In this document: positions 1 through 8,396 of the stretch, piece by piece | Position numbering within the stretch: the stretch's first letter is position 1 | Layout: the number at the start of each line of letters is the position of its first letter | DNA from: Acidimicrobiales bacterium | Lineage (GTDB): Bacteria; Actinomycetota; Acidimicrobiia; Acidimicrobiales; JADJXE01 | Reading direction: 5' to 3' | Length of the DNA stretch: 64,000 bases | Assembly (NCBI GenBank): GCA_016716005.1 | Contig: JADJXE010000001.1 | Location: 655,011 to 719,010 of the forward strand | The notes under the pieces: model-generated | Seen by the model: only the letters and a program-made list of their open reading frames with translations | The model's database searches: none | What the model was told of the DNA's origin: nothing | Position numbers and translations under genes: made by a program

Positions 1-846
1 CGGACGCGGGCGGGAGCCGTAGTCGCCGAAGGGCTCGTCGCGCTCGCGCACCGCTCGCCGCCAGCCCACCTCCTGCGACCGGGCCACGAAGTCGAGGCCC
101 TCCCGGGTGTTGCGGGCCACCCCGTCGAACAGGCACGAGATCAGCCGTGATCGGTCCGGCGCGTACGCCTGGCGGGCGACGTCGTTGCAAGCCAGCTTCA
201 CCATCTGGAGCTGGTTGAGGGGCAGCCGGGCCATCCGCTGGGCGAGGGCCGCCGTGTGGGCCAGGAGCTCGTCGTCGGGCACGCACTCGAGGATCATCCC
301 GATGCGGGCGGCCTCGGGGGCGGGCAGCTCGTCGCCGGTCAGCAGGTAGCGCTTGGCCCGCTCGAGGCCGAGCCGCGCCACCCACACCCACGTGGCCTCG
401 GGCACGCCCCACACCCGCGCGGGCGGGTAGCCGAACGTGGCCGACTCGCCGGCCACGATGAGGTCGGCGTTGAGGATCATGTCGGTGCCGCCGGCCACGC
501 ACCACCCCTGCACGGCCGCGAGGGTCGGCTTGGTGATGGTGTGCAGCAGGGCGAACGTCTCGGCGAACCGCCCGATCATCGTCAGGTCGGCCATCGAGTC
601 CCACACGTGCCCCGAGGTCGCACCGGTGGCCGAGCCGGCGGTGCTCCAGTCGAGACCGAACCCGGCGCAGAAGGCCGGACCCTCGGCCCGGACCAGCACC
701 ACCTTCACCGCGGGGTCCCGGTCGGCGCCGCGCAGGGCGTCGCCCAGCTCGTCACGAAGCTCGGGGGTGATGGTGTTGTAGGCCCCGGGGCGACACAGCA
801 CCAGGTGCCGCACCGCCCCTTCGTCGTCGATGCGCACGGCGTTCAC
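1..846 (-). CDS. enoyl-CoA hydratase/isomerase (crotonase) family protein; 3' end lies beyond the left edge of the window
   Basis: Reverse translation from GTG at 846 reads VNAVRIDDEGAVRHLVLCRPGAYNTITPEL...GPAFCAGFGLDW...TKPTLAAVQGWCVAGGTDMIL, a crotonase-fold pattern. It is absent from the ORF track because it has no stop codon inside the window. Confidence 0.8.
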   Translation of the reverse strand, partial: MNAVRIDDEGAVRHLVLCRPGAYNTITPELRDELGDALRGADRDPAVKVVLVRAEGPAFCAGFGLDWSTAGSATGATSGHVWDSMADLTMIGRFAETFALLHTITKPTLAAVQGWCVAGGTDMILNADLIVAGESATFGYPPARVWGVPEATWVWVARLGLERAKRYLLTGDELPAPEAARIGMILECVPDDELLAHTAALAQRMARLPLNQLQMVKLACNDVARQAYAPDRSRLISCLFDGVARNTREGLDFVARSQEVGWRRAVRERDEPFGDYGSRPRP

Positions 847-950
847 GGCCGCCAGCGTGGCAGCCGGAGCCGCCGGCCCGCACGCGGTCCCGGTCGGCCG
901 GGCCGAGCCCGGGCAGACTGGCGCTGAGGAACGAGCACGCGGGGGATGCG

Positions 951-1811
951 ATGGCCTGGCGAGAAGGTGGCGAGCTGGCGAGGAAGACCTGGGGCCTCGT
1001 GAAGGAGCACCGCGTCCTGCTGTCACTGGTCGTCCAGGGGGCAGTGGTCGCCACGGTGATGCTCGCCGTAGGCGGCATCCCTGCGGGCGCGGTGCTCTCC
1101 GCCGACGACGCGAGCACCCCGGCGGCGATCGCGGCCGCGACCATCGCCCTGGTGGCGGTCTACCTGGCCACACTCACCGGCATGGTGTTCGCCGGCGCGG
1201 TGGCGTGGGCCGCCGATCGCATCCTCGCCGGCCACCCCGACCCCACCAGCGCCGAGGCCAGGAGCGCGGCGATGCAGCACCTGGGCGCGCTGGCCGGGTG
1301 GGCGGCCATCACCATGGCGGTCGGCTGGCTCCTCAGCGCCCTGCGGGGCGACGGCGGGGGCAACGCCTTCGTCGCCATCCTCCGCCTGGTGGTCAGCGCC
1401 GCCATCGCCGTGACGTGGGCCTTCGCCACCTTGTTCGCGGTGCCGGCCATCGTGCTCGACGGGGTCGGACCCATCGAGGCCATCAAACGGTCGGCCCGGT
1501 TGTTCAAGGAGCGATGGGGCACCGAGGTGTCGGGCACGTTCCGACTGGGCGTGCGGATCTCGCTGCTGTTCGTGCTCCCCGGCCTGGTGCTGCTGGTGGC
1601 GGGCGTCGTGCTGCTGCTCAACGGCGAGGTGGTGGCCCTGGGGGTCGCGCTGGCCGCCGCGGGGGTCGCCCTGCTCATCGTCGGCGGCCTGCTGTCGAGC
1701 ACCGTGCGCGCCGTGTTCGGCGTGGCCATGTACCGCTACGCGGAGCAGGGCGAGTCGGTGGGGGTGTTCAGCGCCGCCGAGCTGGCCGGCGCGGTGCGGA
1801 CGCGGCGCTGA
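951..1811 (+). CDS. polytopic membrane protein of unknown function (DUF6159-like)
   Basis: ORF 951..1811. It has several hydrophobic helices, protein-like composition and high GC3. The family name is from memory only. Confidence 0.7.
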   Translation: MAWREGGELARKTWGLVKEHRVLLSLVVQGAVVATVMLAVGGIPAGAVLSADDASTPAAIAAATIALVAVYLATLTGMVFAGAVAWAADRILAGHPDPTSAEARSAAMQHLGALAGWAAITMAVGWLLSALRGDGGGNAFVAILRLVVSAAIAVTWAFATLFAVPAIVLDGVGPIEAIKRSARLFKERWGTEVSGTFRLGVRISLLFVLPGLVLLVAGVVLLLNGEVVALGVALAAAGVALLIVGGLLSSTVRAVFGVAMYRYAEQGESVGVFSAAELAGAVRTRR

Positions 1812-1815
1812 CCGC

Positions 1816-3192
1816 TCAGCCCTCCGGCCGGACGCCGGCCCGCATGGCCGCGGCCGACACCCCTGCGGTGGCGGCCACGACGCGGAAGGCGGCCCTGGTG
1901 ACCTGGCGCAGGCTGGGGACGTGCACCTTGTCGGGCAGGTCGGCGGCGTCGAAGAGGTACCAGGGCGCGGTCAGGTAGTTGACGAGGGGCACGCCCTCGT
2001 CGTGGAAGTGGCCGCCGTCGGTCGTCGGCCGCACCCCCAGGGCCGTCGGGGTGAGGATCAGCGAGCGGTCGACCGCCTCGGCCACGACGGCGTCCCACAC
2101 CGCCCGCTCCAGCCAGGGGTTCTCGCTGGTGAACCACCAGCGGGGCACGGCCCGGTCGTCGGGCACCAGCTCGCCGTCGACGTCCGGGCACTCGCGGGCG
2201 GCGTGCTCCAGGTGCACCTCCAGCACGATGCGCGCCAGCTCGTCGCGGTGGCGTCGGATGAAGGCCTGGGTGCCCCGGCCGCCCGTCATGTGGGCCGCGT
2301 TGGCGGTGAACACCAGGCGGTGCGGGCGGTCGTGGCGGTCGACGGCCGCCCACGCCTCGGCCTGGGCCAGCAGCAGGGCGAGGCCCGACGCGTCCTCCAC
2401 GGCCGAGCGCCAGGGGCCGTCGTGGTGGGTGCCCACCACCACCCACTCGTCGTCGGCGCCGGGCAGCTCGCCCACCACGTTGTGGCTCGTCGTGGTGCTG
2501 CGCTCGGCGTCGACGGCCACCATGGCCGGCACCTTCCCCCCGCCCAGCAGGGACAGCAGCCGGTCGCCGTCGGCGGCCCCCACGTACACCCCCGGGATGG
2601 GTCGGGGCTCACCGTCGTAGGGCACGTAGTACTGGCAGCCGCCGCCGGGGTAGTTGCGCAGGATGCCGACGTAGGCAACCGCGCCGGCTGCGACGGCCGG
2701 GTCCATCGTCGCCTGGACCTCGGGGGCGAAGGGCAGCACATGGGTGCCGCCCGCGAAGTTGCCGCCCGGGTCGTGGGCCCAGCCGGCCTCCTGCGCCGCG
2801 CGGGCCGGGCCGGCATCGGCGAGGGGTCGGGCCCGCCGGCCGGCCACCGGGAACGCCGGGGGCAGCTCGACCAGGGCGAGCTCGTACACCGCCACCTTCC
2901 CCCGCACCGCACCCGGGTGGGCCGGGTCGTAGCGGGCCAGCTCGCCGGCCACCCGGGCCGGCTCGCTGAACGGCACGGCCGAGCAGGCCACGTCGACGAA
3001 CCCGGTGCCGACCTGCACCCGCAGGCGGGCCGATCGGTCCTCCCAGTAGGGGGTGTGCACGGGCTCCAGGCGCACCCGCTCGAGGCCCAGGCTCTCGAAC
3101 CGCGCCGCGAGGTGCTCGATGGCCCGCTGGTCGGCCGGGTAGCCGGGGCGGCGCACCCCCCACGAGGCGATCTCCTCGATGGCGGCCAGCAT
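1816..3192 (-). CDS. M28-family metallopeptidase with a PA-like insert
   Basis: ORF 1816..3339, with motifs VVGTHHDGPW, EDASGLALLLAQAE and TTDGGHFHDEG. The start was moved to ATG 3192 (MLAAIEEIASWG) because 3290-3345 is occupied by a palindromic repeat that is intergenic elsewhere in the window. Confidence 0.8.
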   Translation of the reverse strand: MLAAIEEIASWGVRRPGYPADQRAIEHLAARFESLGLERVRLEPVHTPYWEDRSARLRVQVGTGFVDVACSAVPFSEPARVAGELARYDPAHPGAVRGKVAVYELALVELPPAFPVAGRRARPLADAGPARAAQEAGWAHDPGGNFAGGTHVLPFAPEVQATMDPAVAAGAVAYVGILRNYPGGGCQYYVPYDGEPRPIPGVYVGAADGDRLLSLLGGGKVPAMVAVDAERSTTTSHNVVGELPGADDEWVVVGTHHDGPWRSAVEDASGLALLLAQAEAWAAVDRHDRPHRLVFTANAAHMTGGRGTQAFIRRHRDELARIVLEVHLEHAARECPDVDGELVPDDRAVPRWWFTSENPWLERAVWDAVVAEAVDRSLILTPTALGVRPTTDGGHFHDEGVPLVNYLTAPWYLFDAADLPDKVHVPSLRQVTRAAFRVVAATAGVSAAAMRAGVRPEG

Positions 3193-3289
3193 GACCTCGA
3201 CGTCGGGGTCGGGCAGGTGGCGCAGGGCGGGCGGCGGCGCGTCGATCCACCGATGATGCCGCGGCCCGGCGTGCCGTGCCGGCCCGCCG

Positions 3290-3345
3290 CCGTTCTGTGC
3301 ACCGCACACGCCGGGATCCGGCCGGCCGCTGGCGTGCACGGAACC
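3290..3345. repeat. REP-like palindromic element, copy 1 (imperfect)
   Basis: CCGTTCTGTGCAC (3290-3302), then a 31-nt loop, then GTGCACGGAAC (3334-3344). It shares the exact 10-mer CCGTTCTGTG with the copies at 11269, 17051 and 33739. Confidence 0.6.
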
Positions 3346-3513
3346 CGATCGGGACAGCCCGGCTCGGCGCTACCGTGCGACCATCCGCACCAGACGAGAC
3401 CCGACGGCCGCCGAACACCTGCACGCCGAGCACGGGCTCGGCGCGCTGGCCCGCACGTACCGGCCCATCGAGCTCGACCCCGTGGCCGTGGCCGACCGAG
3501 GAGGGTCTCGCCG

Positions 3514-3966
3514 GTGGAGCTGACACCGGTCGGCACCGTGCGGGGCGGCCGCACCGAGCCGGTCGACGACGACTGGGGCCCGGTCGAGGCCACCATCGAG
3601 CTCGACGGCCGGTTCACCCCCGACGCCCTCGTCGGCCTCGACGGGTTCTCGCACCTCGACGTGGTCTACCTGTTCCACCTGGTCGCCCCGGCCGAGGTCA
3701 CGACGGGGGCCCGCCACCCGCGCGGCCGCACCGACTGGCCGGAGGTGGGGATCTTCGCCCAGCGGGGCAGGGCCCGGCCCAACCGCCTCGGGGTGTGCAC
3801 CTGCGAGCTGCTCGGCGTGGACGGGCTGCGCGTGCGGGTGCGGGGGCTCGACGCCATCGACGGCACCCCCGTCCTCGACCTCAAGCCCTACCTGGAGGAG
3901 CTCGCACCCCGCGGGCCCGTGCGAGAGCCGGCCTGGGTCCGGGAGCTGATGGCCGGGTACTGGTAG
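3514..3966 (+). CDS. trmO: TsaA/YaeB-family tRNA methyltransferase (TrmO-like)
   Basis: In frame within ORF 1921..3966. VELTPVGTVRGGR...FSHLDVVYLFH...RPNRLGVCTCELL...LDAIDGTPVLDLKPY. GTG start at 3514 is preceded by GAGGAGGG (3498-3505). Confidence 0.85.
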   Translation: MELTPVGTVRGGRTEPVDDDWGPVEATIELDGRFTPDALVGLDGFSHLDVVYLFHLVAPAEVTTGARHPRGRTDWPEVGIFAQRGRARPNRLGVCTCELLGVDGLRVRVRGLDAIDGTPVLDLKPYLEELAPRGPVREPAWVRELMAGYW

Positions 3967-4015
3967 GGCGCCGGGACGGCCGCGGCGGCCTCCGGGCGAG
4001 TCACGTAGCCTGCGG

Positions 4016-4870
4016 TCATGGGGCACGTGACGGCGGCTCTTCCGTCCGGTGCGGAGCGATGACGGCCGTCCGCAGGAACGGGGCTGGGGCTGGGCAGGAA
4101 CGGTCGAGCAGTTCCTCGGCGCCCCCGACCAGCGCTCGCTCGACGACCTGAGCCCGACGCCGCCAGGATCGCCCGAAGGCGCCCGGGGTCGGCCGGATCC
4201 GCGCGGCCGCGAGCCGGTCCGCGCCGAGCAGGAAGCGCTCGATCTCGCCCTCGGGAAGCCGGTTGTAGGCGACGACCTGACCGGCCCACAGCCGCTCGAC
4301 GAGGGGCCGCACCAGTGTCGACAGCTGGAGCAGCTCGCGCCCCACGCCCGGACGGAGCCTGATCTCACAGCGGAAGCCGGGCCGGCGAAGGTCGGCCCGC
4401 CTCACGGTCTCGTCCCAGTCGGTCTCGTAGATGAACGGGTCGTCGGCACCCTGCAGGCGCTGGAGTCGGGGCAGGGGCATCTCGACGAGCTTCCACTCGA
4501 TGTCGCCGATCAGGCGCTCCACCCGGTCGGGGGCCAGGGCCCGGGCCTCGGCCAGGGTGAGCTGCGGGCGCTCGTCGATCCCCTCTCGCAGGCCGCGGAT
4601 CCTGGTGACGATCTCGGCCTGGCCCGTGTGCGACTGGCGCAGCACCGAACCGGTCGCCGGGTACGGCACCGCCTGGTTCCAGTAGAGCTCGATCACCCGC
4701 TCGGCCAGCGCCCGCACCGGGATCGCCTCGGGCGGACCGCCGTCGGGGTCGGAACGCCGCATGACGGCATCGAGGATGGCCAGCAGCAGGGCGTACTTGT
4801 AGGTGGTCGAGCGGCTCGCCCCGTCGAGCAGGGCGAGCAGCCGCTCACCGAACGTCGCCTCCGCCGCCAT
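4016..4870 (-). CDS. hypothetical protein resembling the N-terminal (non-nuclease) region of a family annotated as HNH endonucleases; the HNH module is absent
   Basis: Within ORF 4016..5119, starting at ATG 4870 (MAAEATFGERLL). Motifs are STTYKYALLLAILD, ELYWNQAVPY, LRQSHTGQAEI, MPLPRLQRLQG..DPFIYE, RLWAGQVVAYNRL and RFLLGADR. No CxxC/HNH motif follows in any frame before trmO. The family assignment is from memory. Confidence 0.6.
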   Translation of the reverse strand: MAAEATFGERLLALLDGASRSTTYKYALLLAILDAVMRRSDPDGGPPEAIPVRALAERVIELYWNQAVPYPATGSVLRQSHTGQAEIVTRIRGLREGIDERPQLTLAEARALAPDRVERLIGDIEWKLVEMPLPRLQRLQGADDPFIYETDWDETVRRADLRRPGFRCEIRLRPGVGRELLQLSTLVRPLVERLWAGQVVAYNRLPEGEIERFLLGADRLAAARIRPTPGAFGRSWRRRAQVVERALVGGAEELLDRSCPAPAPFLRTAVIAPHRTEEPPSRAP

Positions 4871-4899
4871 CGCCCCGCCTTCCGCCCGGACCCGTCCGC

Positions 4900-6021
4900 T
4901 CAGGCCGCACCGCCCTCGGCCGCGTCCCCGCCGTCGTCGCGGTAGAGCGTGGCGATCGGCCTCCCCTCCTCCAGCACGGTGTCGGCCGCCCACCACGCCC
5001 GCATCCAGCACGTCCACGCGACGTGTGCGAGGTGGCGCCGCCGGTCGGGCTGCGCCAGCGCCGCTGGCAGGAAGCCCCGGAAGCAGACCTCGGCGACGTC
5101 TCCCCCGGAGACGTGCCACGCCCCGTCGAGGCCGAAGCCGGTCGGCTGGGTCAGCTCGTCACGGTTGAGCCGGGTGCACAGCGCCAGTGCGGCTCGCCGG
5201 TCCTCCACCAGGGGCAGCACGACGGCCACCTGCAGGCCGGGGCCGAGCGTGCCGTGGGCGTGGCCCGAGCCGAGCAGCACCGACGCCGTCACCGCAGGCT
5301 CGTCGTCGGCGGGCGGCGGACGAAGGTCGAGCTCGCCGGAGAGCGCCGTCTCGTGCGCGAACACCCGATCCCACGGAACGTCGCCGCTGACCTCGAGGTG
5401 GGCGAAGTCGGCGCTGTCGAACGGCGGGGCGTCCGCCCCTGCGGCGGCGACCTGTCCGAACAGCGTCGCCGCCACCGTGTCGGCCTCGGCGCCGTCGTCG
5501 CCGGCCTTCGCCACGACACCGTCGAGCTGGTCGGCGAGCACGTCGGCGGTCACGTCGGCCTGGTACGCGACCGTCGCCGCCCGGCCGGCGAACGAGGGCA
5601 CCGTCCATCCCTGGGTCTCGTTGCACCACGCAGTCGCGGCCAGGACCACCTGCCGGGCGCGGGGGTCCCACACGAAGGCCCCGATCCCCGCCCGGGCGTT
5701 GGCCTCGGCCAGCACCTCGTCCACGACCTCGCGCGGCGAGCGGACGCGACCCACCACTCGGGTGACCGCGGCCAGCCGCACCACCGGTGCCTCGAGGGCC
5801 CACCCGGGCGACGAGGCGCTGAGCAGCGTGGCCAGCCGGCCGGTGCGCCACCGCACCGCCCGCTCGGCTCGCTCCAGCGCGCCGTCGCCGATCCCGAGCC
5901 GGCCGACCACCTCGCCCAGCAGCAGCGGCCCCAGATCGGGCGTGCCGGCGGGGTTGGGGAGCCCCAGGGTGAGCCAGGGCGGCCGGTCGTCGTCCTCGGT
6001 GGGGGCGAGCTCGTCGAACAT
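4900..6021 (-). CDS. hypothetical protein (373 aa)
   Basis: Within ORF 4900..6330. ATG at 6021-6019 (MFDELAPTEDDD) forms an ATGA overlap with the stop of the upstream HD gene. Protein-like composition, no motif recognised. Confidence 0.7.
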   Translation of the reverse strand: MFDELAPTEDDDRPPWLTLGLPNPAGTPDLGPLLLGEVVGRLGIGDGALERAERAVRWRTGRLATLLSASSPGWALEAPVVRLAAVTRVVGRVRSPREVVDEVLAEANARAGIGAFVWDPRARQVVLAATAWCNETQGWTVPSFAGRAATVAYQADVTADVLADQLDGVVAKAGDDGAEADTVAATLFGQVAAAGADAPPFDSADFAHLEVSGDVPWDRVFAHETALSGELDLRPPPADDEPAVTASVLLGSGHAHGTLGPGLQVAVVLPLVEDRRAALALCTRLNRDELTQPTGFGLDGAWHVSGGDVAEVCFRGFLPAALAQPDRRRHLAHVAWTCWMRAWWAADTVLEEGRPIATLYRDDGGDAAEGGAA

Positions 6022-6626
6022 CACGGCGCCACCTCGGCCTCGGCGGCCAGGACCGACAGCCGGCGGACGGTCGACGCGAAGTCCTCGACCAGCACCTCCG
6101 CACCGGCGTGGCCGTCGAGCCGCTCGGTGAAGACGCTGCGCAGGCTCTCGTAGTACCAGCGCTGCTCCTCGGGGCCGGCGTTGAACCGCTTCCAGAACGG
6201 GGGTCCCAGCGCACGGGCGTCGGCGACGATGGCGCGGGCGTTGGCCAGCTTGTCGGCGAGGGAAACGACCAGCACCCTCGTGTCCGCCCCCCGCAGGTGC
6301 GCCACGTAGGCCTCCTTGCGGGCCAGCCACGACTCCGGGTCCCGGGCCTGGCCGGGAGTGCCGTCGGTGCAGGCCTCCACGATGGCCAGCACGTCCCCGC
6401 CGAACCGGTGCTCGATCAGCGCTGGCGTGATCCGGTCGGGCACGTCCTCCAGGGCGTCGTGGAGGAGGGCGGCGATGGCCTGGGGCTCGTCACCCCCGGC
6501 CGACAGGGTGAGCGCCGCCACCTCCAGCAGGTGCGCCACGTAGGGGATCTCGGTGCCCTTGCGGTACGTGCCCGCGAAGGACTCGCGCACCAGCCTGACC
6601 GCGCAGTCGAACGACTCACCGAGCAC
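6021..6626 (-). CDS. HD-domain phosphohydrolase, RelA/SpoT-hydrolase-like (small alarmone hydrolase-like)
   Basis: ORF 6021..6626. IPYVAHLLEVAALT...AALLHDALEDV...VVSLADKLANARAI matches the HD hydrolase pattern of RelA/SpoT. Confidence 0.8.
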   Translation of the reverse strand: MLGESFDCAVRLVRESFAGTYRKGTEIPYVAHLLEVAALTLSAGGDEPQAIAALLHDALEDVPDRITPALIEHRFGGDVLAIVEACTDGTPGQARDPESWLARKEAYVAHLRGADTRVLVVSLADKLANARAIVADARALGPPFWKRFNAGPEEQRWYYESLRSVFTERLDGHAGAEVLVEDFASTVRRLSVLAAEAEVAP

Positions 6627-6756
6627 GCCGCCTCCTCACCTCCACCTCGGGACGCGCCCCGCAGCGCGCCCACGACCACACCGTACGCACCGGGTGTGTC
6701 AGCAACGGCGCTGCTGAAGGCGTCCTCGGTCGGGCGTCCGTCGGTAGCCTCCGGCG

Positions 6757-7842
6757 ATGACCGACGCGCCCGGCTCTCCCCTCGCTCCGTCCTACGCCGT
6801 GGCCAGGCGGCGCTTCCTCGCCGCGGCAGCGTCTGCTGGGGCGGGCGTCACGACGCATCGCCATCCGATGACCGGGCCCCGCGGCGAGGAGCTGGCCGTC
6901 GACGTCGCCACCGTCGGGCCCGACGGCACCGCCGACGCGGTGCTGGTGGTTTCGGGCACCCACGGCGTCGAGGGGTTCGCGGGCTCGGCCCTCCAGCACT
7001 GGTGGCTGACGACCGCCGTCGGCCAGCGGCCCGCCGACGTCCGTGTGGTGCTGCTGCACGCGTTCAACCCGTACGGCTTCGCCTGGGTGCGGCGGGCCAA
7101 CGAGGACAACGTCGACCTCAACCGGAACTTCGTCGACTGGGCCGAGCCGACCCCGACCAACGACGGCTATGGCGAGCTGGCCGACCTGCTCGTGCCCGAG
7201 ACGTGGACCGAGGAGGCGCAGGAGGAGACCACCGCAGCCCTGCTCGCGCTGGCCGAGCGGCTCGGCCTCGACACCATGCAGGCGATCATCAGCGGCGGCC
7301 AGTACCACCACCCGACCGGCGTGTTCTACGGCGGCACCGGCCCGGTGTGGTCGCACGCCCTCCTCCGCGACCACCTCGCCGGCCTGCTCGTCGGGCACGA
7401 GCGGCTGGCGATCATCGACCTGCACACCGGGCTCGGGCCCTGGGGCCACGGCGAGCTGATCTCCCACGAGTCCGTCTCCGAGCCGGGCTACGCCCGGGCG
7501 ACGTCGTGGTGGGGGGACGTGCGCTCCATGATCGACGGCGACAGCGTCTCGGCCACCGTGGTCGGCGACTGGCTGGCCCGGGTGGGCGACTGGCTCCCGG
7601 GCACCGAGGTCACGGCCGCGGCGCTGGAGTTCGGCACGATCGACCCGATCACCGTGCTGCAGGCCCTGCGGGCCGACGCCTGGCTGCACGCCCACGGCGA
7701 CCCCACCGGCCCGGCCGCCGGGCCGATCCGCTCCCAGGTGCGCGCCGCCTTCGCCGACGACGACCCGGCCTGGTTCGACACGATCCGCCCCCGCTTCGAC
7801 GAGGTGCTCCAGGCCGCGTTCGCGCGGCTGGGAGGGGCCTGA
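6757..7842 (+). CDS. DUF2817-type M14-like metallopeptidase family protein
   Basis: ORF 6757..7842. VSGTHGVEGFAGSA, LLHAFNPYGFAWVRRANEDNVDLNRNF, IIDLHTGLGPWG. Confidence 0.8.
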   Translation: MTDAPGSPLAPSYAVARRRFLAAAASAGAGVTTHRHPMTGPRGEELAVDVATVGPDGTADAVLVVSGTHGVEGFAGSALQHWWLTTAVGQRPADVRVVLLHAFNPYGFAWVRRANEDNVDLNRNFVDWAEPTPTNDGYGELADLLVPETWTEEAQEETTAALLALAERLGLDTMQAIISGGQYHHPTGVFYGGTGPVWSHALLRDHLAGLLVGHERLAIIDLHTGLGPWGHGELISHESVSEPGYARATSWWGDVRSMIDGDSVSATVVGDWLARVGDWLPGTEVTAAALEFGTIDPITVLQALRADAWLHAHGDPTGPAAGPIRSQVRAAFADDDPAWFDTIRPRFDEVLQAAFARLGGA

Positions 7843-7879
7843 CCGAGATCCGCGCCGCCGGCCGCCGTCAGCCAGCGCC

Positions 7880-8224
7880 TCAGCCGATGACGGCGGCCGC
7901 GAACGACACGGCCATGGCCGCCAGCACCAAGGTGACGGTGGCGGCGATGTACAAGCGGGTCTGATGGGCCAGCTGCAGGTCGAGGTGCCCCCGTAGCTCG
8001 GCGAACTCGCCCCGTAGCTCGGCGAACTCACCCCGTAGCTCCGCCATGTCACCCCGGAGCTCGGCCCGCACGAGAACGAGCTCGCTGCGCAGCACGTCGT
8101 TGGTGACCAGGTCGGACCAGCCGACGGGCGGCACAGCCGTCATGAGCAGTGCCGCCTCGTCAGGCCCGAGCGCTTCCTCCAAGCGGCGGTGGAGCCGAAG
8201 CCGTTCGGCGTCGGTGAGCGCCAT
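7880..8224 (-). CDS. small coiled-coil protein with a C-terminal TM anchor (DUF1640-like), paralogue A
   Basis: Within ORF 7880..8581, starting at ATG 8224 (MALTDAERLRLHRRLEEALGPDEAALLM...). Has AELRGEF heptad repeats and a hydrophobic tail, LYIAATVTLVLAAMAVSFAAAVIG. Confidence 0.7.
   Translation of the reverse strand: MALTDAERLRLHRRLEEALGPDEAALLMTAVPPVGWSDLVTNDVLRSELVLVRAELRGDMAELRGEFAELRGEFAELRGHLDLQLAHQTRLYIAATVTLVLAAMAVSFAAAVIG
7990..8073. repeat. 21-bp in-frame tandem repeat (2 near-perfect units plus 2 degenerate units)
   Basis: CCCGTAGCTCGGCGAACTCGC at 7990-8010 and CCCGTAGCTCGGCGAACTCAC at 8011-8031, followed by decayed units. On the minus strand these encode AELRGEF heptads. Confidence 0.85.
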
Positions 8225-8396
8225 GATGTCCTCCTGCGGTGATGACCGTGCGGAGGGGGAAGCACCGCCACATGGTACCGGGAGGGTGTCGCAGCCTTGC
8301 CGGACCACCCCCGGTTCGGCCCGTCGGCGACCCCCTCCACGTCCCTGCCGCACCGACGAGGCAGAATCGGCCCGCAACGCCGCGGAGGGAGGTGAC

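Noticed and set aside
4900-6626. HD hydrolase plus neighbour as a toxSAS / small-alarmone-hydrolase toxin-antitoxin pair
   Set aside because: The 373-aa partner shows none of the RelA/SpoT synthetase motifs (no ExQIRT-like or G-rich nucleotide loop), so this specific model is unsupported. It is kept only as an unexplained linkage.
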